Positions 18,927-28,372 of a stretch of DNA of 64,000 nucleotides are shown here, piece by piece. The notes under the pieces were generated by a model that was not told where the DNA came from, ran no database searches, and worked only from the letters and a program-made list of their open reading frames with translations. This stretch comes from a virus. The position numbers and the translations under genes are program-made. Location: the IMG/VR virus record IMGVR_UViG_3300032240_000412, positions 1 to 64,000 of that record. One strand, given 5' to 3'. Every line of letters starts with the position of its first letter. The first letter of the stretch is position 1.

Positions 18927-19769
18927 ATGGAAAATAAAGCCATGAACCCACTTGCCAAGCATTTTAGACAGCCCAAGCTGTATTTGCCGTTGCCCAGCAA
19001 AGGTGAATTCTGGGAAGCAGGATCAATTGATTTACCCGAATCAGGTGAAATACCAATTTACCCCATGACTGCTAAAGATGAAATTACGCTACGCACACCC
19101 GATGCTGTGTTGAACGGATTAGGCACAGTTAGTGTCATACATAGTTGCTGTCCAAACATTCAAGACGCATGGAAAATGCCCAGCATTGATCTAGATGCTG
19201 TACTGATTGCAATTCGTATTGCCAGTTATGGCGAGTATATGTCTTTTGCTACCAAGTGTCCAAAATGCAGTACTGAACACGATTACGATGCTGATATGCG
19301 TATTGTGCTAGACAGTATTAAAAAGCCCGACTATGCTACTCCGTTAGTAGTAGAAAACATGCAGATCAAAATTCGTCCGCAAAGTTACTTCAGTGCCAAT
19401 GCCACAAGTCAAATTCAATTTGAAGAACAGCGTATTATTCGTGCCATGAACGAAGATACACCGGATGATATCAAAAGCAAAAAATTCCAGTCACACCTGA
19501 ATGCATTGGTTGATTTGAATATCAAGACATTGGCAGACAGTACTGAGTCAATTACCATTGGTGCAGAAGTTGTAACTGACAAAGCATTTTTAACTGAGTT
19601 CTATCAAAACTGCGACACCAGTGTAATCAAACTAGTTCAAGCACGGTTGGCAGACATTGCCAAACAGGCCTCAATTCCAGCCATTGATGTCAGATGTGAC
19701 AACTGCGAAAATGAATTCAAAGTAGACATTACATTTGAGTACGCAAGTTTTTTCGCCAACGGCTCTTGA
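18927..19769 (+). CDS. Baseplate hub assembly/tail chaperone (gp26-like)
   Basis: LPSKG, PMTAKDE and DLDAVLIAIRIASYG motifs; two CxxC pairs; ends ...SFFANGS. Confidence 0.75.
   Translation: MENKAMNPLAKHFRQPKLYLPLPSKGEFWEAGSIDLPESGEIPIYPMTAKDEITLRTPDAVLNGLGTVSVIHSCCPNIQDAWKMPSIDLDAVLIAIRIASYGEYMSFATKCPKCSTEHDYDADMRIVLDSIKKPDYATPLVVENMQIKIRPQSYFSANATSQIQFEEQRIIRAMNEDTPDDIKSKKFQSHLNALVDLNIKTLADSTESITIGAEVVTDKAFLTEFYQNCDTSVIKLVQARLADIAKQASIPAIDVRCDNCENEFKVDITFEYASFFANGS
19748..19754 (+). other. Candidate -1 ribosomal frameshift heptamer T TTT TTC
   Basis: X XXY YYZ in the correct phase of the 280-aa ORF; the -1 frame is open into the 19766-19984 ORF. Confidence 0.65.
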
Positions 19770-19984
19770 GTCTAGATAACGATCAAATCGTTAGCTTACT
19801 TGAACAATACGAAAATGAGTCAAGAGCCATAAGAGAAGAAGCAATGAGAAACTCGTGGTACATGCGTGGCGGACTTTCTTATGAAACAGCACTAGAACTC
19901 AGCCCAGACGAACGCAAGATAGTAGCCAAGATTATCAAAGAAAATCTTGAAACTACCAAAAAAGCCAATCTACCATTCTTTTAA
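19766..19984 (+). CDS. gp51-like small chaperone segment, probably made as a frameshift fusion
   Basis: WYMRGGLSYETALELSPDERK; TTG start with no SD. Confidence 0.65.
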   Translation: MSLDNDQIVSLLEQYENESRAIREEAMRNSWYMRGGLSYETALELSPDERKIVAKIIKENLETTKKANLPFF

Positions 19985-19987
19985 ATT

Positions 19988-20377
19988 ATGTCACAGACAG
20001 TATACGCACCGGTCAGCATAGGAGAGTTGATTGATAAAATCACAATCCTGGAAATTAAATCTAAAAATGCAGAGCAACGCAATGACTACAGCAAACTTGC
20101 TAATATTACTACAGAGCTGTTGTTATTGAACAATATTTTAAGTAACTTGGATATTCCTGAGCAAGTGACACAGCTAAGACAGCATCTGCTTGATGTCAAT
20201 GGTGAACTTTGGAATATTGAAGATGCCAAACGTCAATGCGAAGTAGCACAGACATTTGATGAAAAGTTTATTCAATTGGCTAGATCTGTTTATCTTAAAA
20301 ACGATCTACGTGCAACACTTAAAAAACAAATCAATCATTTAACCAATAGTGCAATAGTAGAAGAAAAGATTTATTAA
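19988..20377 (+). CDS. DUF6165-like protein
   Basis: PVSIGELIDKITILEIK, LWNIED, FIQLARSVY..ND.R and IVEEK motifs (recalled family signature). Confidence 0.7.
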   Translation: MSQTVYAPVSIGELIDKITILEIKSKNAEQRNDYSKLANITTELLLLNNILSNLDIPEQVTQLRQHLLDVNGELWNIEDAKRQCEVAQTFDEKFIQLARSVYLKNDLRATLKKQINHLTNSAIVEEKIY

Positions 20378-20787
20378 CTCTTTTGAGACTTACTACGTAA
20401 GTCTATTGATTCGCTTTGCTCATCAATTTTTTCTTCTTTAAGTATCATCTAGATTAATTGGTCATAATTCACCCTCTACGGGTGAATTAACTTTGCATCA
20501 TCTGAGTAGCACAGTCATCTATTCTAAAGAGATTTATACTTACGTATAACGGAGGCGGTTGACCGGTACCCCCTACTCTAGCTTCACATGTCAACGGAAC
20601 CCTAGTAATCCGGAATAGACCCAAATCCTATAAGCTGAGGTTGTATCTTTTTCACATTGCCTCGACCTTTTCAGCCTGAAGTTAGCTTTTTTCTTGCAAC
20701 GCACTAGTCTAACGGCACAGCCCTACCTGTACAATCTCAAAGTGAGTCGAGGTACCCCGACCAAACAAAGTTGCTATGTGATGTAAA
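20378..20787 (-). ncRNA. Candidate large structured non-coding RNA/DNA element
   Basis: 410-nt ORF-free gap, the largest in the window. Multiple hairpins, long-range helices, a GNRA loop, a possible pseudoknot and G-U pairs that favour the minus strand. Confidence 0.6.
20405..20432 (+). terminator. Possible terminator for the plus-strand chaperone operon
   Basis: ATTGAT...ATCAAT stem followed by a T tract; a perfect 8-bp hairpin lies just upstream at 20386-20404. Confidence 0.4.
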
Positions 20788-21573
20788 TTAGTTTAAACGG
20801 AGAAACAGATTGCCTGAGAGTGCTAGTAGACAGTAACGTTCGATGCGATCTAAAGTTGTGTCTTGGTAATTGTAATTTTGAGTTGTGACGTAGTGTCTAA
20901 AGTTTGCCGATGGTATGTATTCGGTATTACGTTCTAGCCATGTGGTGTAGTAAGTTTTGCAATCGTTGGAGATGAGGAAGCCTAGATGTTCTAAATTAGA
21001 TTTTAAGTGATGCCAATTTGATAGTATTGTGTCTGTGAGTAAAAATTTTGTAGTTTTAAAGTTCCGAAGGTTTTCGATATTTTTCACTGCTACGTTGTAA
21101 GTTTCGTAATCTAGTGCTTCCTGTGAGTACTTATCATTTGACCTCAGTGCCAAATGTAATTTGTTATTACTATCTAGCTCGTTGCGCCAAACTCTTTTTG
21201 CCATGTGTGATTTAACTATAAATGCAAAATACGGCCAACTGGGCTGTATATCAATTATGTTAAATTCGTTGAAGTCATTTAAAAAGCCATGAAATCGAAA
21301 AATATAGTGTTGTTGTTCTGCGTTTAGTTGTCTTAGTGTGTTTAAAATTTTATCTCTTACTGTAACATCTTCGTAGTCAGTCATTCTACCTGTTAGGGCA
21401 ACAAGCTCAGGATACTGCTCTGCAAGCTCGTTAAATCCTGTGACAGTACGCCCAGTTTCTGCAAATTCTTTAAAAGCTATACAGGATTTTAGTGTTGGGT
21501 CAGAATCCAGTATTATTTTTAATACAGTATCCCCGCCGCCACCACCGGGCCAGCGCAGTAATGTTACAGCCAT
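20788..21573 (-). CDS. Hypothetical enzyme with N-terminal Gly-rich loop (sulfotransferase/P-loop-like)
   Basis: LLRWPGGGGGDTV at the N-terminus; RFH motif downstream. Confidence 0.4.
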   Translation of the reverse strand: MAVTLLRWPGGGGGDTVLKIILDSDPTLKSCIAFKEFAETGRTVTGFNELAEQYPELVALTGRMTDYEDVTVRDKILNTLRQLNAEQQHYIFRFHGFLNDFNEFNIIDIQPSWPYFAFIVKSHMAKRVWRNELDSNNKLHLALRSNDKYSQEALDYETYNVAVKNIENLRNFKTTKFLLTDTILSNWHHLKSNLEHLGFLISNDCKTYYTTWLERNTEYIPSANFRHYVTTQNYNYQDTTLDRIERYCLLALSGNLFLRLN

Positions 21574-22079
21574 TATTTACAGCGATCCTTTACAGCGTCA
21601 CTGTTATATTTCCAAAATTCATCGTAATCTTGTAACCACCAAGTGCCGTGCTTGATACTGTTATAGATACTGTAGTTCTGCTCTGGGGCAATTACAGGAT
21701 CTTGTGTGGCAATAAACTTGCCTTTACGGTTGAATTTCATGATTAAAATACTAAAATCGCCAGGATCTGCTACCTCTAGCAGTTGACCTAGCCACGACTC
21801 TAGTATCTTAACTTCTCCTGAATACAGTTGATGAAACGGAAAATCAGCATAGCTCTTGCACTCGGCATTGAACTTTGGAAAACTTTGTCCAGGAACAATG
21901 TCGCCTTTGAAGTTTCGAATTTGGCCTTCGTGTAAAAACTCCTTACGAAAATTATTTTTACCCCCAACATACGCACCAGAACCTGGTACACGGATAAACT
22001 TTTCTCCGTATAGTGCTGTTAAGTGATCTGCAACTTGGCGTTCCCAAGCATTGCCTTTGGCCTTTTGTGGACTTGTCAT
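21573..22079 (-). CDS. Holliday junction resolvase, PD-(D/E)XK Hjc-like
   Basis: KGNAWER...GDI...AECK catalytic pattern. Confidence 0.8.
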   Translation of the reverse strand: MTSPQKAKGNAWERQVADHLTALYGEKFIRVPGSGAYVGGKNNFRKEFLHEGQIRNFKGDIVPGQSFPKFNAECKSYADFPFHQLYSGEVKILESWLGQLLEVADPGDFSILIMKFNRKGKFIATQDPVIAPEQNYSIYNSIKHGTWWLQDYDEFWKYNSDAVKDRCK

Positions 22080-22957
22080 ATACTGTAATTAGCTAATTCA
22101 ATTTCACGTTGCCATTGATTTGAAAAACTGGTTTTGCCTGCTCGAGTACCACAAGTTGATTGACATACTGGATCAGGGTTAGTAGTCCAACTGGATTTTA
22201 ATTGATCAAACCATTGTACCAAATTGGGATTGTGGTTGTCTATGCCTTGCCAACAGCAAGGATGCCAACGACCACGTGCATCAACATATAAACTTTGTTC
22301 TTTTAATGCATGACATGCTATATCAACGGATTCCACAACAGGATCTTGCCAGCCCTTTGGCGGCTTGATCCACTCAACTGGTATGCTATTATGTCGCTTA
22401 CTCACTTTGGCTCTAAACCATTTAAAGCCCAACTGTTTGGCAAGTTGGGCACAAGCATCAACTTGATGTTCGTTGTGTTCAAAAACCAACATGTCCCAAT
22501 GGGCTGATCCGCCTTTGTTAATAAATGTCTTGGCATTGTTCATTAGCTTGGGCCAAAGCACACGGCGTCGATAAATCTCGTTGGTATCTTCTAGGCCATC
22601 TATGCTAAAAACCACATAGTCGTTGGGTCGATTAAACACTGTGGCCAATTCTTCCCACCAGAACATATCTCGCAATGCACCGTTGCTGTTCATGCCCAGG
22701 GTAATGTTGGGATTAAGTTTTCTAAAATATCGACATATTTCAATGGTGTCACGTGCGGCGGCCGGATCTCCGTAGTTGCCACACATAAACATCTTGTCTA
22801 ACTGTTTAATAAATTCCGCAGGAAACATCTGCTTGACTGCGTCTATACTTAACTCGCTGGGAATAAACTTGCCGTAGGTTCTTGGACATTGTGGGCATTC
22901 GGCCTGACACAACGTAGTTGGTTCTAAATGTAAAACTCTAATGTTGCTCATAATCAT
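22076..22957 (-). CDS. Radical SAM protein with C-terminal Twitch/SPASM-like Cys cluster
   Basis: CQAECPQC, CGNYGDP and FSIDG motifs; C...PCC...CQSTC at the C-terminus. Confidence 0.9.
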   Translation of the reverse strand: MIMSNIRVLHLEPTTLCQAECPQCPRTYGKFIPSELSIDAVKQMFPAEFIKQLDKMFMCGNYGDPAAARDTIEICRYFRKLNPNITLGMNSNGALRDMFWWEELATVFNRPNDYVVFSIDGLEDTNEIYRRRVLWPKLMNNAKTFINKGGSAHWDMLVFEHNEHQVDACAQLAKQLGFKWFRAKVSKRHNSIPVEWIKPPKGWQDPVVESVDIACHALKEQSLYVDARGRWHPCCWQGIDNHNPNLVQWFDQLKSSWTTNPDPVCQSTCGTRAGKTSFSNQWQREIELANYSI

Positions 22958-24000
22958 TTAATAAACTTTGGTATACGCAAATCTGTATGATGTGTGCATC
23001 GCTCTTGCTCACATACAACAGGCGCAGTTGGCCATACTATGGTATCGTTGTGCAAATTACCAAGATAACTTTGATTGCACAATGCAATAGTTGTTTCGCC
23101 ATCGGGTCTAATATGTAAACTGTTAACACCAGCATAACAGGTCCAGCCCTTGGACTTGGTCACAGCACTGTTGATCAACTCTGTTGAATGAGCATATTCA
23201 ACAGTACCGTCGTTCCAAATACCAATAACATCTTTGTCATCAGTTTGGAAATTAACATTATCTCTAATAAACTCCAATTCTTCTTTGGAATAGTACTGTT
23301 CCATGTAATAATCAAAGTTGGTCAACAAGATCTTCTTGCTATCGTAAAGTCCATGTATGTTGGCTTTTTCGCCAGGACGAACAACATGAACAATATTGGG
23401 TTTGATCTGCGGATTAATCACTTTGTAGATAACGTTGGCTTCAGCCAACTTTAATACGTTACCGGCCTGTTGTACAATATCCAGCTGTCCTGCTTCCAGC
23501 ATCAAAATAGCTTTAACTCGTCCTGGACCATATTCTCTGGTCAGCGAAATTATTTTTTCAACTTTTTCAGCAACAGAGCTGTGTAAGTTTTCAAAGTGTA
23601 TGCTTAGGTTCAAATCATGTACATAATTGCTGGACATAACCCTGTGATATATTTTTAACGGAGCACTGGTGTTGGATGCAATACTGCATTGTGCAGTAGA
23701 ACTTAGAGATTTTAAATGTTTCAAAAACTCAGGCAAGTCTTTGACAATAAATGGTTCGCCACCGGTAAAGTCATAGTATATTTGTTTGTTAATACCAGTT
23801 GCATACTGGTGCAACTTATTGGCCTGTTCTATTAGAAACTCTACAGTTGGTATGTCGCTAACATTGTCATGATAGGCCGCAGAACAATAACTACAATCAT
23901 AATTGCAACGTATTAGCATACGCCACAGTATTTCAATGTAGTGTGTTCTTGGGCGAGTCATGTTAGCCATGCGCCCACTAATAGCCATTAGTTTTTTCAT
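22954..24000 (-). CDS. Radical SAM protein with C-terminal Twitch-like domain
   Basis: CNYDCSYC and TGGEP motifs; CYAG...C...CEQERC at the C-terminus. Confidence 0.9.
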   Translation of the reverse strand: MKKLMAISGRMANMTRPRTHYIEILWRMLIRCNYDCSYCSAAYHDNVSDIPTVEFLIEQANKLHQYATGINKQIYYDFTGGEPFIVKDLPEFLKHLKSLSSTAQCSIASNTSAPLKIYHRVMSSNYVHDLNLSIHFENLHSSVAEKVEKIISLTREYGPGRVKAILMLEAGQLDIVQQAGNVLKLAEANVIYKVINPQIKPNIVHVVRPGEKANIHGLYDSKKILLTNFDYYMEQYYSKEELEFIRDNVNFQTDDKDVIGIWNDGTVEYAHSTELINSAVTKSKGWTCYAGVNSLHIRPDGETTIALCNQSYLGNLHNDTIVWPTAPVVCEQERCTHHTDLRIPKFIK

Positions 24001-25766
24001 TTTATATCTACATCGGTGTTGTAGCTGGTGTAACCATTTTCTTTGACCACATGCAGGGTATTGTTGACACGACCTGCCAGTTCATCTTTGTGCGATACTA
24101 GCCAAATACTCTTGTTGGCTTCTCTACTCATCTTCTTGAGAATAGCCAAACTGTTTTCAACTCCGGAACTATCCATGCCGCTGTCAACCAACTCATCAAT
24201 AAACAACAAGTTGATGGGTTGATACAGACTTTCCCAAACATCGCGGAATGCCCAACTCAACGACAGGATCAAGCGATTGCGTTCACCTCGACTCAAGTTG
24301 TCAAAGTCCAAATCTCTGCCCAGTTCTGTGATAGCCACAGTCAAGTCGTTGTTGAACTTGACCGTATGCGGCAAGCCGATGCGATCCAGATACTGCCCCA
24401 ATCTGGCATTCAAGTAACTCAAGTTTTGATCAATGATACGTTTACGGATAAAACTATCTTTGTTGGTCAACAGTTTTAACAAAAACTCTTGATGGTCTTT
24501 AAGATTGACCAACTCGTTCATTACAGCGTAGTCAATTTCTTCTACACCTTGCTCTTGCATTTCTTTAATTTGTTCTGTGTATGGATCGTGTTCGTTTTGT
24601 TTAGCAGATAATTGTGCTAAAATACTGCCCATACTTGATCGATGTTCAAATGCATCGCTTTCTCGATCATAGAACACCTGCGGCTGTGCTCCTAGTTTGC
24701 CCAGTGCTTTGAGTGCTTCAGTGTGTTCTAACCACTGTGTGTTGGTTGCCAGTGCTTGTAAAGATGTTTCTTGTAGTTGTTTTTGTTTTTCTTCCAGTAG
24801 CTTTTCTTGTTTGTCATCGTGAAAAGACTGTCCGCAACTGTGACAGGTATGATTTTCTAAACTAGCAATATCTGATTTTAGTTTTTCAATTTCTTTGAGT
24901 TCTCGAGCTTCGTCGAGCTCGCAACGTTTGACCCAATTTGTTAAGTCTTTAATTTGTTTTGCTTTGTCGTTATACACTGTCAGTGCCTGGTGTGCCAACA
25001 GCTCTGACTCAATATCCAAAGCATTGAGCTCATCAAATGCACTTTGTAATTTAGCAATATCTTCGTTGTGTTTGTTTTGCCAAAGAGTTTGTCTGCGAAT
25101 TAAAGCATCAATTTGATCTTGAATGCGTTTGTTAGCGTCAGTGACAGCCTTGATACGATATTCTTCTGATGTGATGGCTTCCTTGGTTGCCTTGCTTAGT
25201 TCTTTAAGATTGTCGGCCTTTTCGCTGAGTAAAGTAATACCCAGCAACTGTTCAATGATTGTGCGTTGATCATTGGCCTTTAAGCTAAGAAAAGGTTCAG
25301 TGTAAGTATTCAGCGCCACAATGTGTTTGAACATGTCATGGCTCATGCCCAACATGCGTTCAATTTCTTGCTGTGTTTCTCTTGAATCGCCCTGGGCATC
25401 GTCAGTGATTTCTTTTTCAACTTCACCAACAAAAAACTTCATGATACCAGGCTTGCGCCCTCGTTCGATGCGATAACTAATACCGTCTTTTTCAAAATCA
25501 ATACAAACCAACATGCCTTTGGCATTGGTCTTGTTGATCAAGTTGTCTTTTTTAATGTTGGTTAAGGCGTTGCCGTAAAGGGCATAGCTCAGAGCATTGA
25601 TAATGGTTGTTTTACCTGTGCCGTTACGTGCTCCGCTGTCGTCACCTCCTAGGTCCAAGTTTTCGCCTAGTACCAGGGTCAAGTCGTTACGGTCAAAGTT
25701 AACAGCTTGAGTAGCATTACCTACGCTCATGAAGTTTTTAACAGTTAGATCTTTTATTTTAAACAT
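23997..25766 (-). CDS. gp46: Recombination endonuclease ATPase subunit (gp46/Rad50/SbcC)
   Basis: Walker A NGTGKT, zinc hook CHSC, signature LSRGE, Walker B LFIDE, and SH motif. Confidence 0.95.
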   Translation of the reverse strand: MFKIKDLTVKNFMSVGNATQAVNFDRNDLTLVLGENLDLGGDDSGARNGTGKTTIINALSYALYGNALTNIKKDNLINKTNAKGMLVCIDFEKDGISYRIERGRKPGIMKFFVGEVEKEITDDAQGDSRETQQEIERMLGMSHDMFKHIVALNTYTEPFLSLKANDQRTIIEQLLGITLLSEKADNLKELSKATKEAITSEEYRIKAVTDANKRIQDQIDALIRRQTLWQNKHNEDIAKLQSAFDELNALDIESELLAHQALTVYNDKAKQIKDLTNWVKRCELDEARELKEIEKLKSDIASLENHTCHSCGQSFHDDKQEKLLEEKQKQLQETSLQALATNTQWLEHTEALKALGKLGAQPQVFYDRESDAFEHRSSMGSILAQLSAKQNEHDPYTEQIKEMQEQGVEEIDYAVMNELVNLKDHQEFLLKLLTNKDSFIRKRIIDQNLSYLNARLGQYLDRIGLPHTVKFNNDLTVAITELGRDLDFDNLSRGERNRLILSLSWAFRDVWESLYQPINLLFIDELVDSGMDSSGVENSLAILKKMSREANKSIWLVSHKDELAGRVNNTLHVVKENGYTSYNTDVDIK

Positions 25767-26458
25767 AGATGCTCGTAAATTAAGTTGGCTACATAGCTGT
25801 GGCCTTCTTTTGTTAAATGCCCTGTTGCAGTTACCGGAAACAGATTGTTGACTTTAATAGACGCAATGTAAAAATCGTTCCATTTAACAAAAGAGTCAGT
25901 GTCGATCAGACTTACATAATACTGTATTTCGTTCCACTCGTCAATGATTTGATTATCGTTCATGACTTCTAGATTAATAAGTTTGGAAAAAGATGCCGGT
26001 CCGTTTAACCAAACTGACAAATTGTTTTCTAACGCATTGATCATTACGTATTTTTTACCATGACTTTTTAACAAAGTTTGTAATTGAATAATTTGTTGTA
26101 GCCAAAGTTTAAAAGCATACAACTCGTTGTGCCAATGACTATAAAGTACCTTGCCCCAATTTTGATAGTGGGATTTACTTTCGTAATTGGGGTGTGATAA
26201 ACTTGGATTAAAATTTATTTCGTGGTTATTAGTTGAATCATAAAAAGTATATCTACTAGTACTGGTCCATCCAATTAAGAATAAATCAAAATCTTTTAAG
26301 TTACGAATAGTCTGATATACAGTGCGCGAGTTGGTACCGCCATCAACAGCATGATTCAGTAAGGGCGCACTCAGGCGCTCAGCAATCAGTTGCGGCCAGG
26401 CGTTATTGTTTAAATGCAAGCCCGCGGTCAGACTGCATCCATTTGCATAGATTCTCAC
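25754..26458 (-). CDS. SGNH/GDSL hydrolase-like protein
   Basis: YANGCSLT block I, N-x-A-x-x-G block II, and C-terminal GHLTKEGH. Confidence 0.7.
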   Translation of the reverse strand: MRIYANGCSLTAGLHLNNNAWPQLIAERLSAPLLNHAVDGGTNSRTVYQTIRNLKDFDLFLIGWTSTSRYTFYDSTNNHEINFNPSLSHPNYESKSHYQNWGKVLYSHWHNELYAFKLWLQQIIQLQTLLKSHGKKYVMINALENNLSVWLNGPASFSKLINLEVMNDNQIIDEWNEIQYYVSLIDTDSFVKWNDFYIASIKVNNLFPVTATGHLTKEGHSYVANLIYEHLCLK

Positions 26459-27471
26459 AGATTCTTATAGATATCTAAAAGTAGTGTAGGATTGTACTGC
26501 TTACTGTCAATAGTACTCAATTGACTAAACACAATCTGATCTACACTTTCAAATTCGATGTTGCCTTGTATTTCGTATTCTGTAAGCTCTGTGACTTTGG
26601 CCGGAATCAAGGTAATCTCACGTAGCTTGTAGGTATCGATAAAGGTCTCTTTAATAAATGTTGCTTCTTCGTAGCTAATATCAATATCCAAGTTTACACG
26701 AACGTGCATGTTTGGTTTTAACATAACCTCGGTGTGCTTTAATACATCGCTGAGTTGGAATACTCGATACATGGGTTGATTGGGCCATGCATGAAATTCT
26801 GGCTCTTGCCCCCACTCCAAGATCATCAGCCCTCTATCATCGTCACCGGCATCAGCATAGTTATGAGGGAAACAGTTGCCCACATAAGTCACATTCTTTT
26901 TAGTCTGCCTTTTATGAAAGTGACCACTGAACACATGCTCAAATCCTTCTAGCGCATCAACACGAAAATCTCCGTGCTCGGGCATGGCCACCATGGCATT
27001 CATTAGATACCCAGGCAATTCAAAGTGCCCAAACATGTACTTGCCTTTTAGTCTAGGTAATTTTTTATGATCATCTCCCACAAGCCAAGGAGCAATAGTA
27101 ACATCGCCGCTGGTAAACCAATCATTAACAATATGAATGTTTGGTAAATGTTTTGCCCATTCTACACTCTGCACATCACGTTTATCACGATAATATAAAT
27201 CATGATTGCCAGGAATAAAGTACACATTATCAAAATTGTCATTCATGTGCTCTAATGCACGTAGACTGTATCCTAGTGTAAGGATGTTGATGCTTGCACG
27301 ATTATTGTGCCAGTCGCCAAGAAACAAACAGGTTTCACAGCCTTTTTCTTGGGCTTTAGCAGTAGCCCATTTAACAAAGTTCAAGCAGTCTTCGTTGTGC
27401 AATTGGCTGTTTGATTTCAATCCAAAGTGTATGTCCGTGAATACGGCCGCTTTTTTAAATAGATTCGACAT
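26455..27471 (-). CDS. gp47: Recombination endonuclease nuclease subunit (gp47/Mre11/SbcD)
   Basis: DIHFG, LGDWH, GNHD and SGHFH metallophosphoesterase motifs. Confidence 0.95.
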   Translation of the reverse strand: MSNLFKKAAVFTDIHFGLKSNSQLHNEDCLNFVKWATAKAQEKGCETCLFLGDWHNNRASINILTLGYSLRALEHMNDNFDNVYFIPGNHDLYYRDKRDVQSVEWAKHLPNIHIVNDWFTSGDVTIAPWLVGDDHKKLPRLKGKYMFGHFELPGYLMNAMVAMPEHGDFRVDALEGFEHVFSGHFHKRQTKKNVTYVGNCFPHNYADAGDDDRGLMILEWGQEPEFHAWPNQPMYRVFQLSDVLKHTEVMLKPNMHVRVNLDIDISYEEATFIKETFIDTYKLREITLIPAKVTELTEYEIQGNIEFESVDQIVFSQLSTIDSKQYNPTLLLDIYKNL

Positions 27472-28372
27472 TAACTAACAGTTTCCTTAGGTCATTTGTA
27501 TTCGTAGGAAATACATTTAGATTATAACATTTTATTTCTAACGAATGCAACGATCTCAATGCCCATTGTATAATAGCTTCATCCACAATAGTTAATTCTA
27601 GCTCGGACCAGTCTATTTCTTTATCATTGACTACATAATCAACAACGGTGTTAACAATGTGGTCTTTGGTACTATGGCGTTGCAATGCAATCCATTTACA
27701 GTATATTTCTTCAAAGTTATCACAAACTTTGGGCAAGTTACAATACTCTAATAGAGTTTCAATAGTTCCTCTGAAGTCGGCGATTAAATCTTTAACATTG
27801 ACCTTTAGTAATCCTGGATGATCAAAACTACGTAATTCATCAATACCAGATTCTGACAGATGCTGTGGCCACATATAATACGAAAGGAATTCTCGAAGTT
27901 GCCAAACGTCCATGTCCTTTAAACTATCTACACCCCAATTTGAAAACTTGTGCAATACAGACTTTTCAATATGTGACATGTACCCTTCTTGAAATATCTT
28001 TTCAAATTTGTTATTGATGATCAAAAGGAACAGATCTTCGTTGGTGTATAAAAACACAGCACGATCGACAGCAGACAGTATTTCGTTTAAGTTTTCAGTA
28101 ACTGATTCATGTTCTAGTATTTTTGGATGCAAGCGAGCAACAGGGTAAACATCATCAGAATCCAAATACTTTCGCCACCCGTGAATATCAAACAGTAGAT
28201 TGCCCTTGTACTCGTGGCTGTTGCCGTTAGAACGAAAGGGTAGATAATCCACCTGTCCAGAAAAGTACATCAGGCACCATTCTACAAATGTGCCGTAACT
28301 GCCCCCAGAGTAAACAATAGGAACAGTTGTACGTTTACTCTTCGCTGGTATCGACTGCACCACTTGAAACAT
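27455..28372 (-). CDS. Hypothetical enzyme with Gly-rich loop (sulfotransferase/P-loop-like)
   Basis: IVYSGGSYGTFVEW, GNSH and RLHP motifs; similar layout to the 20788-21573 protein. Start uncertain. Confidence 0.4.
   Translation of the reverse strand: MFQVVQSIPAKSKRTTVPIVYSGGSYGTFVEWCLMYFSGQVDYLPFRSNGNSHEYKGNLLFDIHGWRKYLDSDDVYPVARLHPKILEHESVTENLNEILSAVDRAVFLYTNEDLFLLIINNKFEKIFQEGYMSHIEKSVLHKFSNWGVDSLKDMDVWQLREFLSYYMWPQHLSESGIDELRSFDHPGLLKVNVKDLIADFRGTIETLLEYCNLPKVCDNFEEIYCKWIALQRHSTKDHIVNTVVDYVVNDKEIDWSELELTIVDEAIIQWALRSLHSLEIKCYNLNVFPTNTNDLRKLLVNVESI

Noticed and set aside
20551-20580. GGAGGCGG...CCCCTACTCTA resembles a group II intron domain VI end
   Set aside because: No domain V (AGC/CGC triad hairpin) upstream, no GUGYG 5' end recognised, no RT/maturase and no interrupted gene.
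20378-20787. tRNA, tmRNA, hammerhead or CRISPR interpretation of the gap
   Set aside because: No T-loop/CCA cloverleaf, no CUGAUGA...GAAA core (the repeats are AGAUGA), and no repeat-spacer periodicity.
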